From Moniliella sp. 'wahieum' (taxonomy: Eukaryota), in assembly GCA_003971905.1 (NCBI GenBank), contig RSEE01000005.1, positions 372,001 to 436,000 on the forward strand: 64,000 nucleotides of DNA, read 5' to 3'. Made by a program: the position numbers and the translations under genes. Position 1 is the stretch's first letter, and each line of letters opens with the position of its first letter. Positions 25,226 to 37,977 of this stretch are shown here, piece by piece. The notes beneath the pieces were generated by a model, which was not told where the DNA came from, did no database searches, and was given only the letters and a program-made list of their open reading frames with translations.

Positions 25226-26669
25226 CTACGCTTTGGGCGTCTTGGGTTTGGCCGGGGCCATCTCAGGGAGGCTGGGGAGAACAAAGCCGAGATCATTCTG
25301 CTTGTGCACAGTGGACCGGGGCGCCGTAGGGGTTGGATCGATCTTCCTCGTGGCATCCATAAACTGTTTCACAGCTCGTCCGATACGTTCTTTTTGCGGT
25401 CTTGGAATGTGCGCACAACGTGCTGCAAGGTGGCAATGGCCAATTTCTTGAGCTCACCCGTCAACAGTTGTCCTGACCGGTAGTCTGCTGCCAGCTTTTC
25501 CATCGCCGCATCGTCGTCCACAAAGAACAGCATGTACTGGTACGACACATCCACGTCGGGGTTCCCACCCAGCCGACGCTGCTCCTCCAACGTCTCTTGC
25601 CCGCCAGAGAAGCCGTGCTTGTTGATCTTGTTTTTGATCTGATTGGGCGTCTCGTGCATGTAGATCGAGCTCAACTCGTCCGATGCCGACATCTTGGTCT
25701 GGGGGCCTTGAAGCGCTGGGAAGAACTTGGAATGCACCAGGGAGGGTTTGGGATACTTGAGCTTCGTCGCTGCATCCCGGGTTTGACGGAAGTAGGGTCC
25801 TGGTCAATCGCGCAGGGATCAAGCATGGCACCGTGTGGTCTTCCCGTAGATCTGGGGGAAAGAGTTGGAGAAAGAAGGCGCAGCCTGGATGGAGACAAAG
25901 TGGAACTTTCCGATATTGTCAGAGTCGGTAAAGCCAAACGTACCCTTGGCCTGGTTGGCGGTGATGGTGCGAGCGATGCGCACGACATTGTGGTAAAAGG
26001 CGCCGCTGCAGAGGAAGGGAGTGGAAGGGATTAGTGCTCTGCTTAAAACAAAAACAAAAACGAGGGTACCTACCCACGTGGTCAAAGTCGTTGAAAATGA
26101 AGGTCTTGCTCAGGTCGAAACCACAGGCAATAATGTCGCGCGCATTCAAAAGCAAATTGGCGGACCTGCTCAAGCTTGAGCTTGGGCTTGAAGAGGAACT
26201 TTTCGTCGTCGGTCAGCTGGACAACGAGCGGGCAGCCAAACACGTCCTGCAGCCACTTGGTGAACATAAAGGGGATGAGGTGACCGAGGTGCATGGAAGT
26301 GCTGGAAGGGCCGCGGCCCGTGTAGAGGTAGAAGGGCTTGCCCTGCTCGAAGCGGGTCAGGATCTGGTCGAGTCGCGGTGGGAAAAGAACGTTCCGCGAC
26401 GGAGAAGCGGGTGGGGACGCCATCCAGTGATGGTCTCAAAGCGCTGCAGAAGTTCAGGGGAGATGGGGCGGGTGCCAAACTCTTTGATGAGCTTGTCGTA
26501 ATCGACAGCCTGCGGCTTGCCATCGACTACGGCGCCTTCGACTTCCCACGGGGTGACGCGCTGGCATGTGCGGCATCGACATGGACAGCCTCTCCTTCAA
26601 GGCCGGGGTGGCAGTGGGAGCAGAGAGGGAAACGTCAGCGAGCTTGGCAGCAACTTGGTCGGCACTCAT
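25226..26669 (-). CDS. WRS1: Cytosolic tryptophanyl-tRNA synthetase
   Basis: [67 protein letters not shown]; intron 26006-26073. Confidence 0.97.
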
Positions 26670-27430
26670 GGTGGTTTGGGGAGGGTTTGACCCGCTCGCT
26701 CCTCCCCGCCTGGCGCTTTCTCCAGCTGGTGGACTATGTGACTCGACGAGGCACAAGCAAATTCGGAGCGGAACAGGTGCTATATTCCGCGCGGGGCTAG
26801 TTACTAGGGAGGGAGGAAGCACCCCACGAAATGTTTCATTTCGAGTGGATCACATCGGTTGGATACCCCCATCCCGTTATCTCTGCAAGCACCCGCCCCC
26901 TCTGGCCATCATCCATGGCAGCCAACACGATCCTGCCGCTTCCTACGCATAGCATGCGATGTCTTGGGGACACGATTGCCTGTTGCGCTTCGCTTTCTTC
27001 TCGTGCAGCCGCTGCGGACAATGAGGCTGCTGTTGGGGCTTATTACTATACCGCCCCTTGTTCTCCTTTTACAATGCATCCTTCACTACCGTCATACCCC
27101 ATATCCGCGCCTTGGCCGCCATCTTGGCACCACCATCCCCGTCCCCCACCCGCGTGAATCGCATTGGGGTCACTGTTCTTGCGCCTGTTTCCTTCCTTGA
27201 GCTGGAGCGCGCGTTCCTCGCGTTTGCAGGTGATGGCTGCGGTTTTTACAAGAGGCAATCACTTCCATAGCAAAACTGTGGCCTCCTCGTCGCTTCGACC
27301 TGTTTCTCTCCTTTTGGTCTTGTGCCTCTCCAGCAGCAAGCCTGTCTCCTCCCGTTTTCACCACATGTACGCGCAAGCACAGCAGTAACATCTTTCTCAC
27401 TACATTGTAGCCCCTCTCCGGGCCAGGTGT

Positions 27431-27507
27431 GGAGGGTTGAAGTCCGGCGTGAAGGGTTGAAGTCCGGCGTGAAGGGTTGAAGTCCGGCGTGAAGGGTTGA
27501 AGTCCCG
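27431..27507. repeat. 20-bp tandem minisatellite (GAAGGGTTGAAGTCCGGCGT), about 3.8 copies
   Basis: Direct reading. Confidence 0.95.
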
Positions 27508-27635
27508 CATCACCTCCGTCAATCTGCAATCTGTAATGGGATCCACTTATTCCCTGGGTATCTCAATCACTGTCTTTACGCGCACCAGGGCCGAATAGTA
27601 TGCACAGTATAGATGCACGGGTGATTACGGCTGCG

Positions 27636-30111
27636 CTACAACTGCAGCTCCTTGCGAATCTCCTCAATCCGTTCGCGCGACGCCTCGACTCGCGCCAGTC
27701 GCGCCTCGAGCTCCTTCACTTCCTCCGACACCTCTAGTCGTTCCTCCTCGCCTCCCACCGGGGTCAGTTCCCAGCCGTGCGGGTCCTTGCCGCCCAGGCG
27801 GAGCAAGGTGTGGTGGTACTTGGTCAGTCCAGGACGGTGGGAGATGGTGATGAGGGTGATACCCCAGTCCTTGCCGCCGTGTACATCAGTCCCTCCACAT
27901 CTGTCGACACGGCCGATGGGCCTCGTCCAACACACCAAACTTGGGTCGGTGGTAGAGCAGGCGGGCAAAGCTTACCCGTTGCTTCTCGCCCCCGGACAAG
28001 ACATCTTTCCACTCTTTGCGTGTCGTCCATCCCCCTCTCGGCCGGGCAGGTACGCCAAATGGACAAGCTTTAGAACTTCCTCCAGCTCCGCGTCGGTCCG
28101 ACCCATGGCAATGTGCTGCGCATACGTCGAGGGGTAAATCACCTGGTCGCGCAACGAGCCATTCGACAGGTACGGACGCTGGGGCAGGAAGAGGATGCCC
28201 AATCCCTGTGTGTAGGGGCCACCTTCACGCCGTTCTTAATAGTGGGCTGGTTGAGTGGTGCGCGGGCCGTGCCGGCAAACACGGGCCACAGACCGGCCAA
28301 GATACGTGCGATGGCCGTCTTGCCCACCCCATTCGCACCTGTGATCATCAGATGGTCGCCCGGCTTGATGGCCAGGGTCAGCGCCCGAATCAATTCTTCG
28401 CCCCCTGGGCCGAGTTGGGAGCCGGCGCGACAATTGGTACATGGTCCATCTGGATCAGGTCCGGGTCCGGCACAAACTGACCGCCAATCTGGGCCAGGTC
28501 GTACTTGGGCCGCTTGCCATCCGCATCCACCTGCGCCTGGTACACGTTCCGGTTGAGGAGGTGGAGTGTAGCAAGGAGTGTACACCCGAGAAGTGTACCC
28601 AGCCAGTTCGGCCAGCTCCTTGTACGAGTACATCAATCGGCTCCCAGCATCTGCCAGCGAAAGCAACAGTCGGCGATTGGAGATGTAGCTCTCGGTGCCC
28701 TTGGCAATATCGCCTTCGGTGTCCGCGTCCCCTGCATCCCCCTCGGTCGTGGCTGAAGCTTGCCTGCGCGCCTGACGTGCCAACCGACCAAAGAGGAAAG
28801 GCCAGGCAATGATCATGTACCCAGCCGCCGACCAGCCGTACTTGAGGATCATATCCTCGCACATGACGTACGAGATGCGAATCTTCAACAGCCCCTTGAT
28901 GTGCCTCACCAGCTTGGCATAGGTCCCATTGAGAATGCCAAGTTCGCGATGCGCCCCTTCGTAGAAGGCGATTTCCTCGGCCGACGTGATGATGTTGGTA
29001 TGGGCGGCGCGGAAGTCGCCTTCCAGCGCGGCCTCGACCGCGGCGAGTTTGCCAAAGGCAGGAGAGATGCTGCGGAGCAGCCAACCAGTAACTAGGTAGC
29101 TTGCAAACAGCTGCACCACCCCGGTCCCCCCCAGCGCCCGGCCCAACTGCCAATTGAAAATGAGCAGGTCCAAGACAGGCTTGGAAATGTTGCTGTACAA
29201 GCTGGCCAGCGCCTCGCAAAACTTGGCCACATCGTACGTGATGAATTGGTCGGCACGGCCCAGCTGACGGCCATCGAGGTTGAGCAGCTTGTAGTAGTTG
29301 CGCTCGGGGGAAAGGTAGAGATCATGCACATAGCGGGTGAGACGGGTGCGGAAGCCAATGGCCAACTTGGACTGGAGGTACCGAATCATGCTGTTTGTAT
29401 AGGTGGATGGTACAGCAAGCAGGAACCAGAGCCCAAGTCCCTTGATGAAGCCGCGACCATTGGCCGAGACCAAGTCGCCCACAATCTTGCCGTCCAGGCG
29501 GGCAACCAGAACGGAGAGGTACGTTCGCAGCACGAGGAAAAAGGTGTGCAAGAGGAGAACGTAGGTGGCCTTGTTGTGCAACTTGGGCATGAGGATGCGG
29601 AAAATGGCGCCGAGTTGCTTGAAGAAGGCCTTGTTGACGCCCACCTTGGCAACGCCGGCATTGGCCGCGCCGCCCTTTTGCGCAGCACCTGGCTCTCCAG
29701 CTGCGGCATCGGCCTTGGTGGAAGCCTTGGCCTGGGCAGCCGTCTTGGCGTCGAGCACACCGAGGGAGCGGAAGTACTCAGCATTAGTCTCGATGACGCG
29801 GGCCGAGGTGGGGATAATGAGGACCTTGCTGATACGCTCGTGGTAGGGCACGAGGAGGGTGCGGGAGCCGTCGGGGTGGGGGAGATAGAGCTGCTCGAGC
29901 GCCTGGGCCAGCTGGGCATCGTTGGCCTTGGGCGCGCGCAGGGGGGCGCGAGGCGGAGGCGGGCGCGGAGGGTGCGCAGACGGGTGGCCAGCAGCGCAAG
30001 CACCGCCGCCGCGAGCAGGACCACAGCGCGCGGGGTGCCGGGCTGCCGCACACGCGCGGCGAGCAGGGCCAGCGCGGAGGGGCGCGACGCCATCTTGCTC
30101 TGCACCGCCAT
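27636..30111 (-). CDS. PXA1: Peroxisomal ABC half-transporter (ABCD / ALDP family)
   Basis: [49 protein letters not shown] (EAA-like motif), Walker [24 protein letters not shown]. Confidence 0.93.
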
Positions 30112-31029
30112 GGGGAAGGGATGCGCGGCGGAGGCGGGTGTGGTGTGCGGGGGGAGCAGGTGGCGAAGCGCCGCCATGCCCCGCCTGGCGCCGGCAGCGC
30201 CAGCTGGCCACAACAAGCCGCCCAGCGTCCGCCGCCGTCTGCTCCTCATCGACTCATCCATCACCCTCGCCGCGCGCCTCCGGTCCGCCCGGCCCGGCAG
30301 CCCACTGGCCCCTGCCCCGCCGCCCTGCCCGCCTGCCCAGTGCTCCCGGAAATGTGAATCACACCCGCGGAATCACGCTCATTCCGCGCGCCTGCCGCGA
30401 TTCACACGTCCTGCCCCCAGCCTCAACCCTGCGAGCCCTTGTATACATACACGCCGTACGCATTATGCGCTGCGACACATCCTCGATCGACAACTCACGT
30501 GCCCACTCCCAAGTACTACGTCCTCCAGCGCACCAAGCAGGCCTGGACTTTCCAAAACGCAACAGCTTGAACGAACGAGCGGAGTGGTCACGGCTCCACC
30601 GCCGACGCGCAACGCACCCACAGACACAGAACAGAGAAACAGAGGGCAAAAGCCAAGCGCACCAAGGCGAGGGAGGGAAACAGAGGGGAGGCCCGGGATG
30701 GCCACCGTACTACTGTGTTGCTGTGCAGTTTGCGATCGCATGGGAGCGGAGGGGGGACCAGCCGGCGACTCCCACATCCCAGCACACACGATGACAGGAC
30801 AGAGGGATCGAGGGAAACGGATGTAAGGACTTGGACAGATGTGGTTGGGACAAAGGCAGAAGGGGATTGGTAGTGGAAGAAATAGGGGGGGAAGGTATCG
30901 CGTGGATCTCGTGCGCAAAGCAGAAGACCCAAGACCAACCAAGATCTCAGATCCAAGAATCAGGATCCAGACGTTTCCAGACCAAGACATAGAGCAAGGT
31001 CACGTGAAAGGGAGACGAAGGCAAGTTAC

Positions 31030-31768
31030 TAGTTACGAAGCTGCGACTGGAGCCGTTGCCAATTGTGGTGGTCTGCTTGGACCATTGGGCCATCAAGTCG
31101 TCCGTCGAAAGCGGCCGGACCGAGGCAAGGCCGCTAGTTGTGGCGGCGTGCTGGGCCGGAACGCAGTACCGGTCTTGGGGAGAACCAAGCTAGATGCCAA
31201 GCCCTCCGGCGCACCGCCAAACCCAAACTGAAGCAGCTCGTTGGATTCCTGGGCAGCGGTCGGGATGGACCCTTGTGGCGCAGCCGCGTTGGAGGCATCG
31301 TGGGTGCTACGGGTGAGAGAGGGGGAGTGGCCTGTGTCTGTGCCTTGAGAGGTGACTGTGGGCAACGTGGCTGAAACGTCCAGCGTCTTCTGCGTCGCAT
31401 CGCCAGGGGACAAGGAAGTAGGTGGGGCCGGGGTCCCAATTTCATTCGCATTCGCGGGCAGGAGGAGGAGGTTGCTGCGGCTCTGACTACGGCTGCGGAA
31501 GCGAGAGATAAAGGGCGCACGGAACGTGCTCGGGGAGGTGGGCGACGTGGGCAGCGTCGCGTCGGACAAAATGGGGGTGGCAGCAGAAACGGCAGCTGTG
31601 TGGGCTGATGTGGGATCCGGGTTGCTGCGGTAAGCGAGGTAGGAGCAGCAGCTGCTGCTGCGGCCTCGACCGAGGAGGACACCGGTGGAGGGGCGCTGCC
31701 GGTGGGAGTGGGGGTGGCGTCGGGGCTGGGCGCCTTGGGCGCAGCTTGCGTGCAAGCCAATTGGCCAT
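31030..31768 (-). CDS. Hypothetical Ser/Pro/Thr-rich protein
   Basis: ATG at 31768 (MANWLARKL) and a long open frame to about 31093; no recognisable domain. Confidence 0.4.
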
Positions 31769-32425
31769 GGCAGGTGGTGGTGGACAAGGGCGGCAAGGCT
31801 GGATGCCACTAAGGAGGAAGGGCGAGGAAGGCAGGCCACAACTGATGTCGGCAGCGCACTTGGGGCGCTTCGGCTTGGGTGGGGCGTGGCGTGGCGTGGC
31901 TTGTACACAGGGCCAGCGGCAGGAGGCGGCAGGTCCTTTCCTTTTGCCGATCAAGGATCGATCAAGCTTCAAGCTTCAAGTGCCCTCTCCCTTTCCAAAA
32001 AGGAACCAAGAAACAGGGGCAGCTGGGCGCTCACCCGGTCCGCATCGCGCGTCGCTTGTAGCACCAGCAGGTAGTCCATGCGGGGGTGCACTGCCCCTGG
32101 GCCTCCTGGCGTCGGACAATCGATCATGTGCGCGTGCAGCCCAATGCTTTTGGCGGCGGGACCAGAGGAACACTACGGTGATGACAGTAGTTGGCGGCGC
32201 GCTTTTTCGCTATGGGCTTCGCATCCACACTACCTCCCAGAGTCTGTGGGCGCCATCCACCAGAACCCCCTGAGCTGGTCATCGTTCAATTGAACGCTTA
32301 CCGGTTATTACCGTCCCGCGTCAACAAGTACAACCAACCCCATCCTTTTTACCTCGACCGCACCAACGTTTGGACTGCCGGCTACAGCAGCGACCGACCA
32401 CCACACGCGCCGCAAGAAGGCTTGC

Positions 32426-32641
32426 TGTTGGGACCCGTGGTCCCGTACTTAGGCCAAGGCGCCTCATCACCCTTCACCCCTGATTTGTCCTCCGAAGCCT
32501 CCACGTGTATACTCAGGCTTGTCTGAACCCCTGTCTCTAGGTGTGGCACAAGGCTTAGACCTTAACCCACCACCATCGCGATTGCATTGCTCTACATTTC
32601 CAGAGGTTCTTCACCCATCCCTTGGGTTCCTCCGTCTTACA
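32426..32641 (+). repeat. 5' LTR (216 bp)
   Basis: TGTTGGGACC...TCTTACA, repeated at 37761-37977. Confidence 0.96.
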
Positions 32642-32747
32642 GAGTTACAATCCTCTTGACGCTCAGCCCTGAGCCTTCCACTCTTACACTCTTCGGTCCT
32701 CCGCTGCCGGCCCTATCCACAAGCGCTTGCTCGAACTGCGTAAGCTA

Positions 32748-35700
32748 ATGGCAAGCATCATGAGCTCTCAGACTCAGGAGTCTTGGTTCAACTCCTCAAC
32801 CCTACTTCACCAACTGCCGGAGCAGAAGAGAGCACCACTCCCGTCGAGTTGACCACGCCTCCCCCCGCTGACACCATCGCGTGAATCTACCCCTACACCT
32901 CAACCCACCCCGTGGGCCCCGACAACACCGCGAACGACGTCGCCACCCTCGCCGACCGCATTCGCAACATGTTCAAATTGTTTCCCGAACACATCACCCT
33001 CAAACAGCTACAGGACACTGGTATCAAGCTTGGGTACAGCGAAAAGACGACCACAGAAGCCATTGTCATGTTATCATGTGAGAATCCACCCAATGCTAGC
33101 AAGAACGAAGGTGCCTTATCGTCAACTCCGGCCGTCGACGACAACCCGTGGGCTTTGACTCCCGACAAGCTCCTCCGTAGTGCCACTCGCACCAACGTGC
33201 CGTACCACGAGCGTTTCCACAACAACAGCTCGTTTTGGTTATGGACCCGGATCTTCCTCCCTCGTATCCAGATTATCCCTGGAGCGCGTGAGCATCTGGA
33301 ACAGGGCAAGGCCCTGGACGGGTATAACGCAGAACTGGACGCTCACTTGGCCAACATTCTACTCCGTGGATAGACTCCGACGTCGTCCAGCAGATCACCG
33401 GCGATGGCACGCCGGCTCTAGGGTCTGCATACTATCATGCTCTGCGTGATTTGTACGGCACCGTTTCAGACACTGAGATCTGTGATATCCTCATAAAGGT
33501 TCTCACTCTCAAAATGGGCACCAAGTCGGGCCGCCAATACCTGAATGAGTTCACTGTGGCGGTAACCCAGTACGAGATGACGTCCAAGTCCAAGCTGGAC
33601 GAGATTGGTCTAGCACAGATGCTACGGAAAGGCGTTACTGATCAGGGGTGGTTGCACCTCCATCGTAACAGCAGCTACGCCGAATTGCGCCGAGCAGTGA
33701 GCGAACTCAAAGGCTCCAACTACGGCAGTACCCCAGTTCAAGCCCAGCTCCCTCCAGTACGGCCCCTTCGGAAGCCACGTCGCACAGCCAAACAAGCAGT
33801 ACGGTGACAGGCCGCGGACGAGGCCGAGGTGGCAGCGGGTACAGAGGAAGTCACCGTGGTGGCCAACGTGGCGGCCACTTTAGCCGGCCGGCTACGACAG
33901 CCCAGACCACCTCATCTGCCCATGCAGTAACCCCTATGGCAGCCACTACACCACCCAAGCCAGCCAACCTCCCTGCGCAACACGATTCAGGTGCGAGACC
34001 ATCCGTATTCAATGAACGAAGTGCGTTTATCAATCTTCGTCCACACCGCGAGCCCATAGCAGTGGCAAACGGACAGATCGCATACACTGAAGGCATTGGC
34101 ACCATCTCTATGTACATTCAAACCCAGAACGGAGCCCCTATCCGCATCCACCTACCCGGCAGCTTGTACTGCCCCACCTTCCCGACCAACCTGCTCAGCG
34201 CTTACCATCTATCTATCGCAGGCATTGGCAGCTGGATCCCTCCAGGTGGCCATGGTCTCTATCTCGGACGACACGGCGAACCTTTTCGTCTCGCCGCCGA
34301 CTCAAGCTATTCCCTTACTCTGGCGCCCAATACGACAGCCACAGCCAACAGCGCCACTTCGCTACTCAACCTTGATGCAACCCTGGTCAAGGTGAAAAAC
34401 GCCCACATCCGATGGAATCATGCACCTCTAGATCAACTTTCATCCCTCACGTCGGATGACCCAGCATTCGAACGGGTCAACAGTGGCGACATCGCTTTAG
34501 TCCGGTCCTCGTGGCACTGTGCACCATGCGCATTAAGCAGAGCCACTGCCCCACCCCACGCCACGACTGGACGCCCAATCCGAACCATTCGCCCTTTCTC
34601 TCTCCTCCACCTCGACGTCCTTGACATATCCCGCCAAGGCGGCGGAGGTCATACTTACGCCCTTATCATTGTCGACGACTATACGCGGTATACCTGGACG
34701 CTACCCCTGGTGTCCAAGGGTGATGCCACAGCCGAACTTCAAGCCTTCATCCGGCGCGAGCATCGCCAACATCCCGACCGCCCCCTTCAGACGGTCCGCT
34801 CTGACAATGCGCCTGAACTCACCACCGCAATGGACGAGTTTTACTGCGAGCTGGGAGTAGTGAGCGAGCGCACCAATCCTGGCGAAAGTGCGTCCAATGG
34901 GGTCGCCGAACGCGCCATAAGATCGATTACGGATCGCGCTCGACTCATGGTAATCGCCAACAGATTGACTCCCGACGAGTGGTGGGAACACAGCTTGTTG
35001 GCGGCCACATATGCACACAACCAGTCGCCGCCGAAAGCACTGGGTGGGGACAGCCGATTTGTCCGGTACCATGGCTTCAAACCCTCCCTTCGCATGCGCG
35101 GTTTTGGCACTCTTGCCTACCTGCACCTATTGCCCAACCAACGCGAGGGCGGCAAACTTGGTCCGCGGGCCGTCCCAGCAATGTTGGTGGGTTACGGGCA
35201 CGGCCGCGGTTCGAAGGGGTGGCTCTTTGCCATCCACCAGGACGACGGCCAAGTTGGATTCCGTTGGAAAAAGCCGTCCACCTGGACGCATGTCCCGTAC
35301 ACCACCGAATATCCCACGCACTTTCATCTGGACCCCCTTGTCCCTGCTGGTGGCGGAGAGGTGCGGGGGGGCGGAGAAATGGGTGCTGGTGGGAAGTCAG
35401 ACAGCTCCCCACCCCGGCGTGTGCGTTTTGCGATAGATGAACTGACCCGCGATACTAATGGTAAGAAAGACAATGCCCCCCATGGAAAAAGAAAATTAAA
35501 AGAACGAAAAACAGAGGCACATCGCCCGGCTCAAGCCAACGAAAATGAGAATTCAGAGCCTGGCCCCACTCCCACCAACTCCAACCCCCCACATGTATCC
35601 CCCCAACCTGTTGCATCTGACCCCAGGCATGGCACAACGCCAGGCAAAGCAAGCCGAAGAAAATGAAACTATCACAGAAGATGCCGTTGACACTGGCCAC

Positions 35701-37695
35701 CAAGTCCTGCTTTCCCCTCCCTCTTCCACTTCCCCTTCCTCTCCCGCCCTATCCCCCTCCCCTCTCTCCCCCACCGACACGCTCGCCCCCGTGACCGTGC
35801 CCCTGACCGATACAGCCGTCCCCGCACTCGTGCGTCGCAATCCCGTTCGCCAAGCGCGTATCAACGCTCCACCCCTCGACCTGTCCATTCCAGCCAACGA
35901 CAATTTGCGCGATGGCACCTTTTCCCTGCTCGTCAACAAGGCCCCTAGCATCTTTGGCAACCCGGCCGCCCTCTCCGCCCTAGGAATGCAGGCTTTGGTG
36001 AGTATTTTCGGACCAGCGCCGGACACATCCATGCTACCTGCTTCGGAGCCAAGCTCGCCCCCCATTGCACTCGCAATCGAATCCGCGGCAAGTGACACCG
36101 AGGTCATACTGACCACCGATGGGGTCCCGGTGGCCCCCAAGAACATCAAGAAGTTGGTGGGTCACCCTGCCTTTGATGGCGTACTCGAGGCAATGCGCCT
36201 CGAGCTTCGGCGTTTTGACGAGCGTGACGTGAAGGAAGTTGTACCCATCCCCCCAGGGATCAAACCCCTTCCCGGCATGTGGGTCATAGGTACTAAGACG
36301 GATGCGGATGCTAACTTCCTCAAGTACCGTGCCCGCTACGTTGTGGGAGGGCACCGGCAAGTTCCTGGCACATGGGCGAAATCTTTTGCTCCTGCCGTTC
36401 GTACTGCTGCCGTCAACACGCTAATTGCGTTGGCCGAAGCTGATGGCCTCCACTTATTTTCTGCCGATGTGGAAGCTGCCTACCTCTATGCCGATATCAA
36501 CGAGCTCGTCTATGTTCGACCACCCCCCTTCTTCCCAGAAGCGCCCGGTCATTGCTGGAGACTCAAGAAAAGTCTCTATGGCCTGCACCAGAGCGGGGCC
36601 AACTTTGGAGATTGGCTCCGCACTTTCCTTTGCGACCGACTCCACTTCACTAGCCTAAAATCAGAGCCTTGCCTGTTCATACGTCGCACCGAACCTCTTG
36701 GCCTGATCCTAATCGCCGTCCACACTGACGACTTTTTGGTCGCGTGTCGGTCCCAAGAAGCGTATGATGAATTCTTAGTGGAATTAAGGCGCAGCATCCA
36801 AATTAAGTCCAACGGCCCCCTACGTTTCCATCTCGGCTGCCAATACGACCGTATCGATGGACGACTGTACATCAGCCAACCCAAATTCATCGCTGAGACG
36901 CTTGCCGCGCATGACATATCACCTCACCGGCCCCGCTACCTTCCAATCGGCCACCAACTTCCGCCTCCCAAGCGACCCGAACACGAAAAGCGTGCCACTC
37001 GAGACGAGCACCGTGCCTACCGTTCTATTGTCGGATCCAGCTTGTGGGCGGCTCGTATGTCCCGGCCTGATGCCCTCTTTGCGGCTACCTTTTTAGCGCG
37101 GTTTATGGACGACCCGTCCGCCGCCCACCGACGCGCAGCGGAGGACCTATTACGTTTCTTCGCCGGTACGTCTGACTACTCTTTGTGCCTCACACCCAAC
37201 CGATCTCGCCCTCTACTCGAGCTGCACACCGATGCCTCCTTTGCATCAGACAAGAGCAACTCTCACTCCGTTTCGGGCCATGTTGTTTTTGTTTTCGGTG
37301 TGCCTGTATCCTGGGGCTCCAAGTCCCAAAATCAAGGTGTGAGCAACACAGCAGCATCTGAATACCTAGCCATGGGAGATGGCCTTCGAGATGCTCTATT
37401 CATTCGCAACATACTGTTTGAACTTGGTGTCTGCAAGGCTAATCACCCGATTGAGCTCTTTGTTGACAACACCGCTGCCAAAGCGTTGGCCGAAAAGCTC
37501 GGCAGCCTAGGCAAAATACGGGAGATTGACGTCTCGTACCACGAGGTGCGGGAACGCATCCACCGAGGCGAAATTAAAGTCCACTACACTCCAGGTGCAC
37601 ACCATCTCCCTGACTGGTTCACCAAACCTCTTTCTCTTCCCAAGATCATTTCTGCGCGTAACAATTTCGATTTGGCTTCTCTTTCTTCGCGCTGA
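32748..37695 (+). CDS. Copia Gag-Pol polyprotein, apparently frameshifted
   Basis: Protease DSGA; integrase H..H/CAPC, LHLD, VDDYTRY, RSDNAPE, NGVAER, KLGPRA; RT KYRARYVVGG, DVEAAYL, LKKSLYGLHQSG, HTDD; RNase H HTDASF, SEYLAM, DNTAA, PDWFTKPL. Confidence 0.93.
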
Positions 37696-37760
37696 TCCCC
37701 TTTCTACTTTTCTTTTGTTGATGGCCAACGGGCTTCTTTCGTTCCCTTGGCCCGGGGGGG

Positions 37761-37977
37761 TGTTGGGACCCGTGGTCCCGTACTTAGGCCAAGGCGCCTC
37801 ATCACCCTTCACCCCTGATTTGTCCTCCGAAGCCTCCACGTGTATACTCAGGCTTGTCTGAACCCCTGTCTCTAGGTGTGGCACAAGGCTTAGACCTTAA
37901 CCACCACCATCGCGATTGCATTGCTCTACATTTCCAGAGGTTCTTCACCCAATCCCTTGGGTTCCTCCGGTCTTACA
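37761..37977 (+). repeat. 3' LTR (217 bp)
   Basis: Matches the 5' LTR except for three single-base indels in short runs. Confidence 0.96.

Larger units (their letters stand above)
32426..37977 (+). mobile_element. Full-length Ty1/copia LTR retrotransposon
   Basis: TG..CA LTRs, 5-bp TSD CTTGC (32421-32425 and 37978-37982), domain order gag-PR-IN-RT-RH, G-rich polypurine tract before the 3' LTR. Confidence 0.97.

Noticed and set aside
26830..27400. Possible small membrane-protein gene divergent from WRS1
   Set aside because: Only short ORFs with no recognisable motif; cannot be supported
27431..27507. Possible CRISPR-like array
   Set aside because: Head-to-tail repeats without spacers, no cas genes, eukaryotic context
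29246..30826. 526-aa plus-strand ORF and other long antisense ORFs (5011-5892, 39124-39873, 47860-48696)
   Set aside because: Shadow ORFs opposite real genes in GC-rich DNA, with no domain motifs
33360..33810. Stop-codon readthrough between gag and pol (TAG 33371, TGA 33805)
   Set aside because: The downstream coding sequence is in a different frame, and the background indel rate explains the breaks
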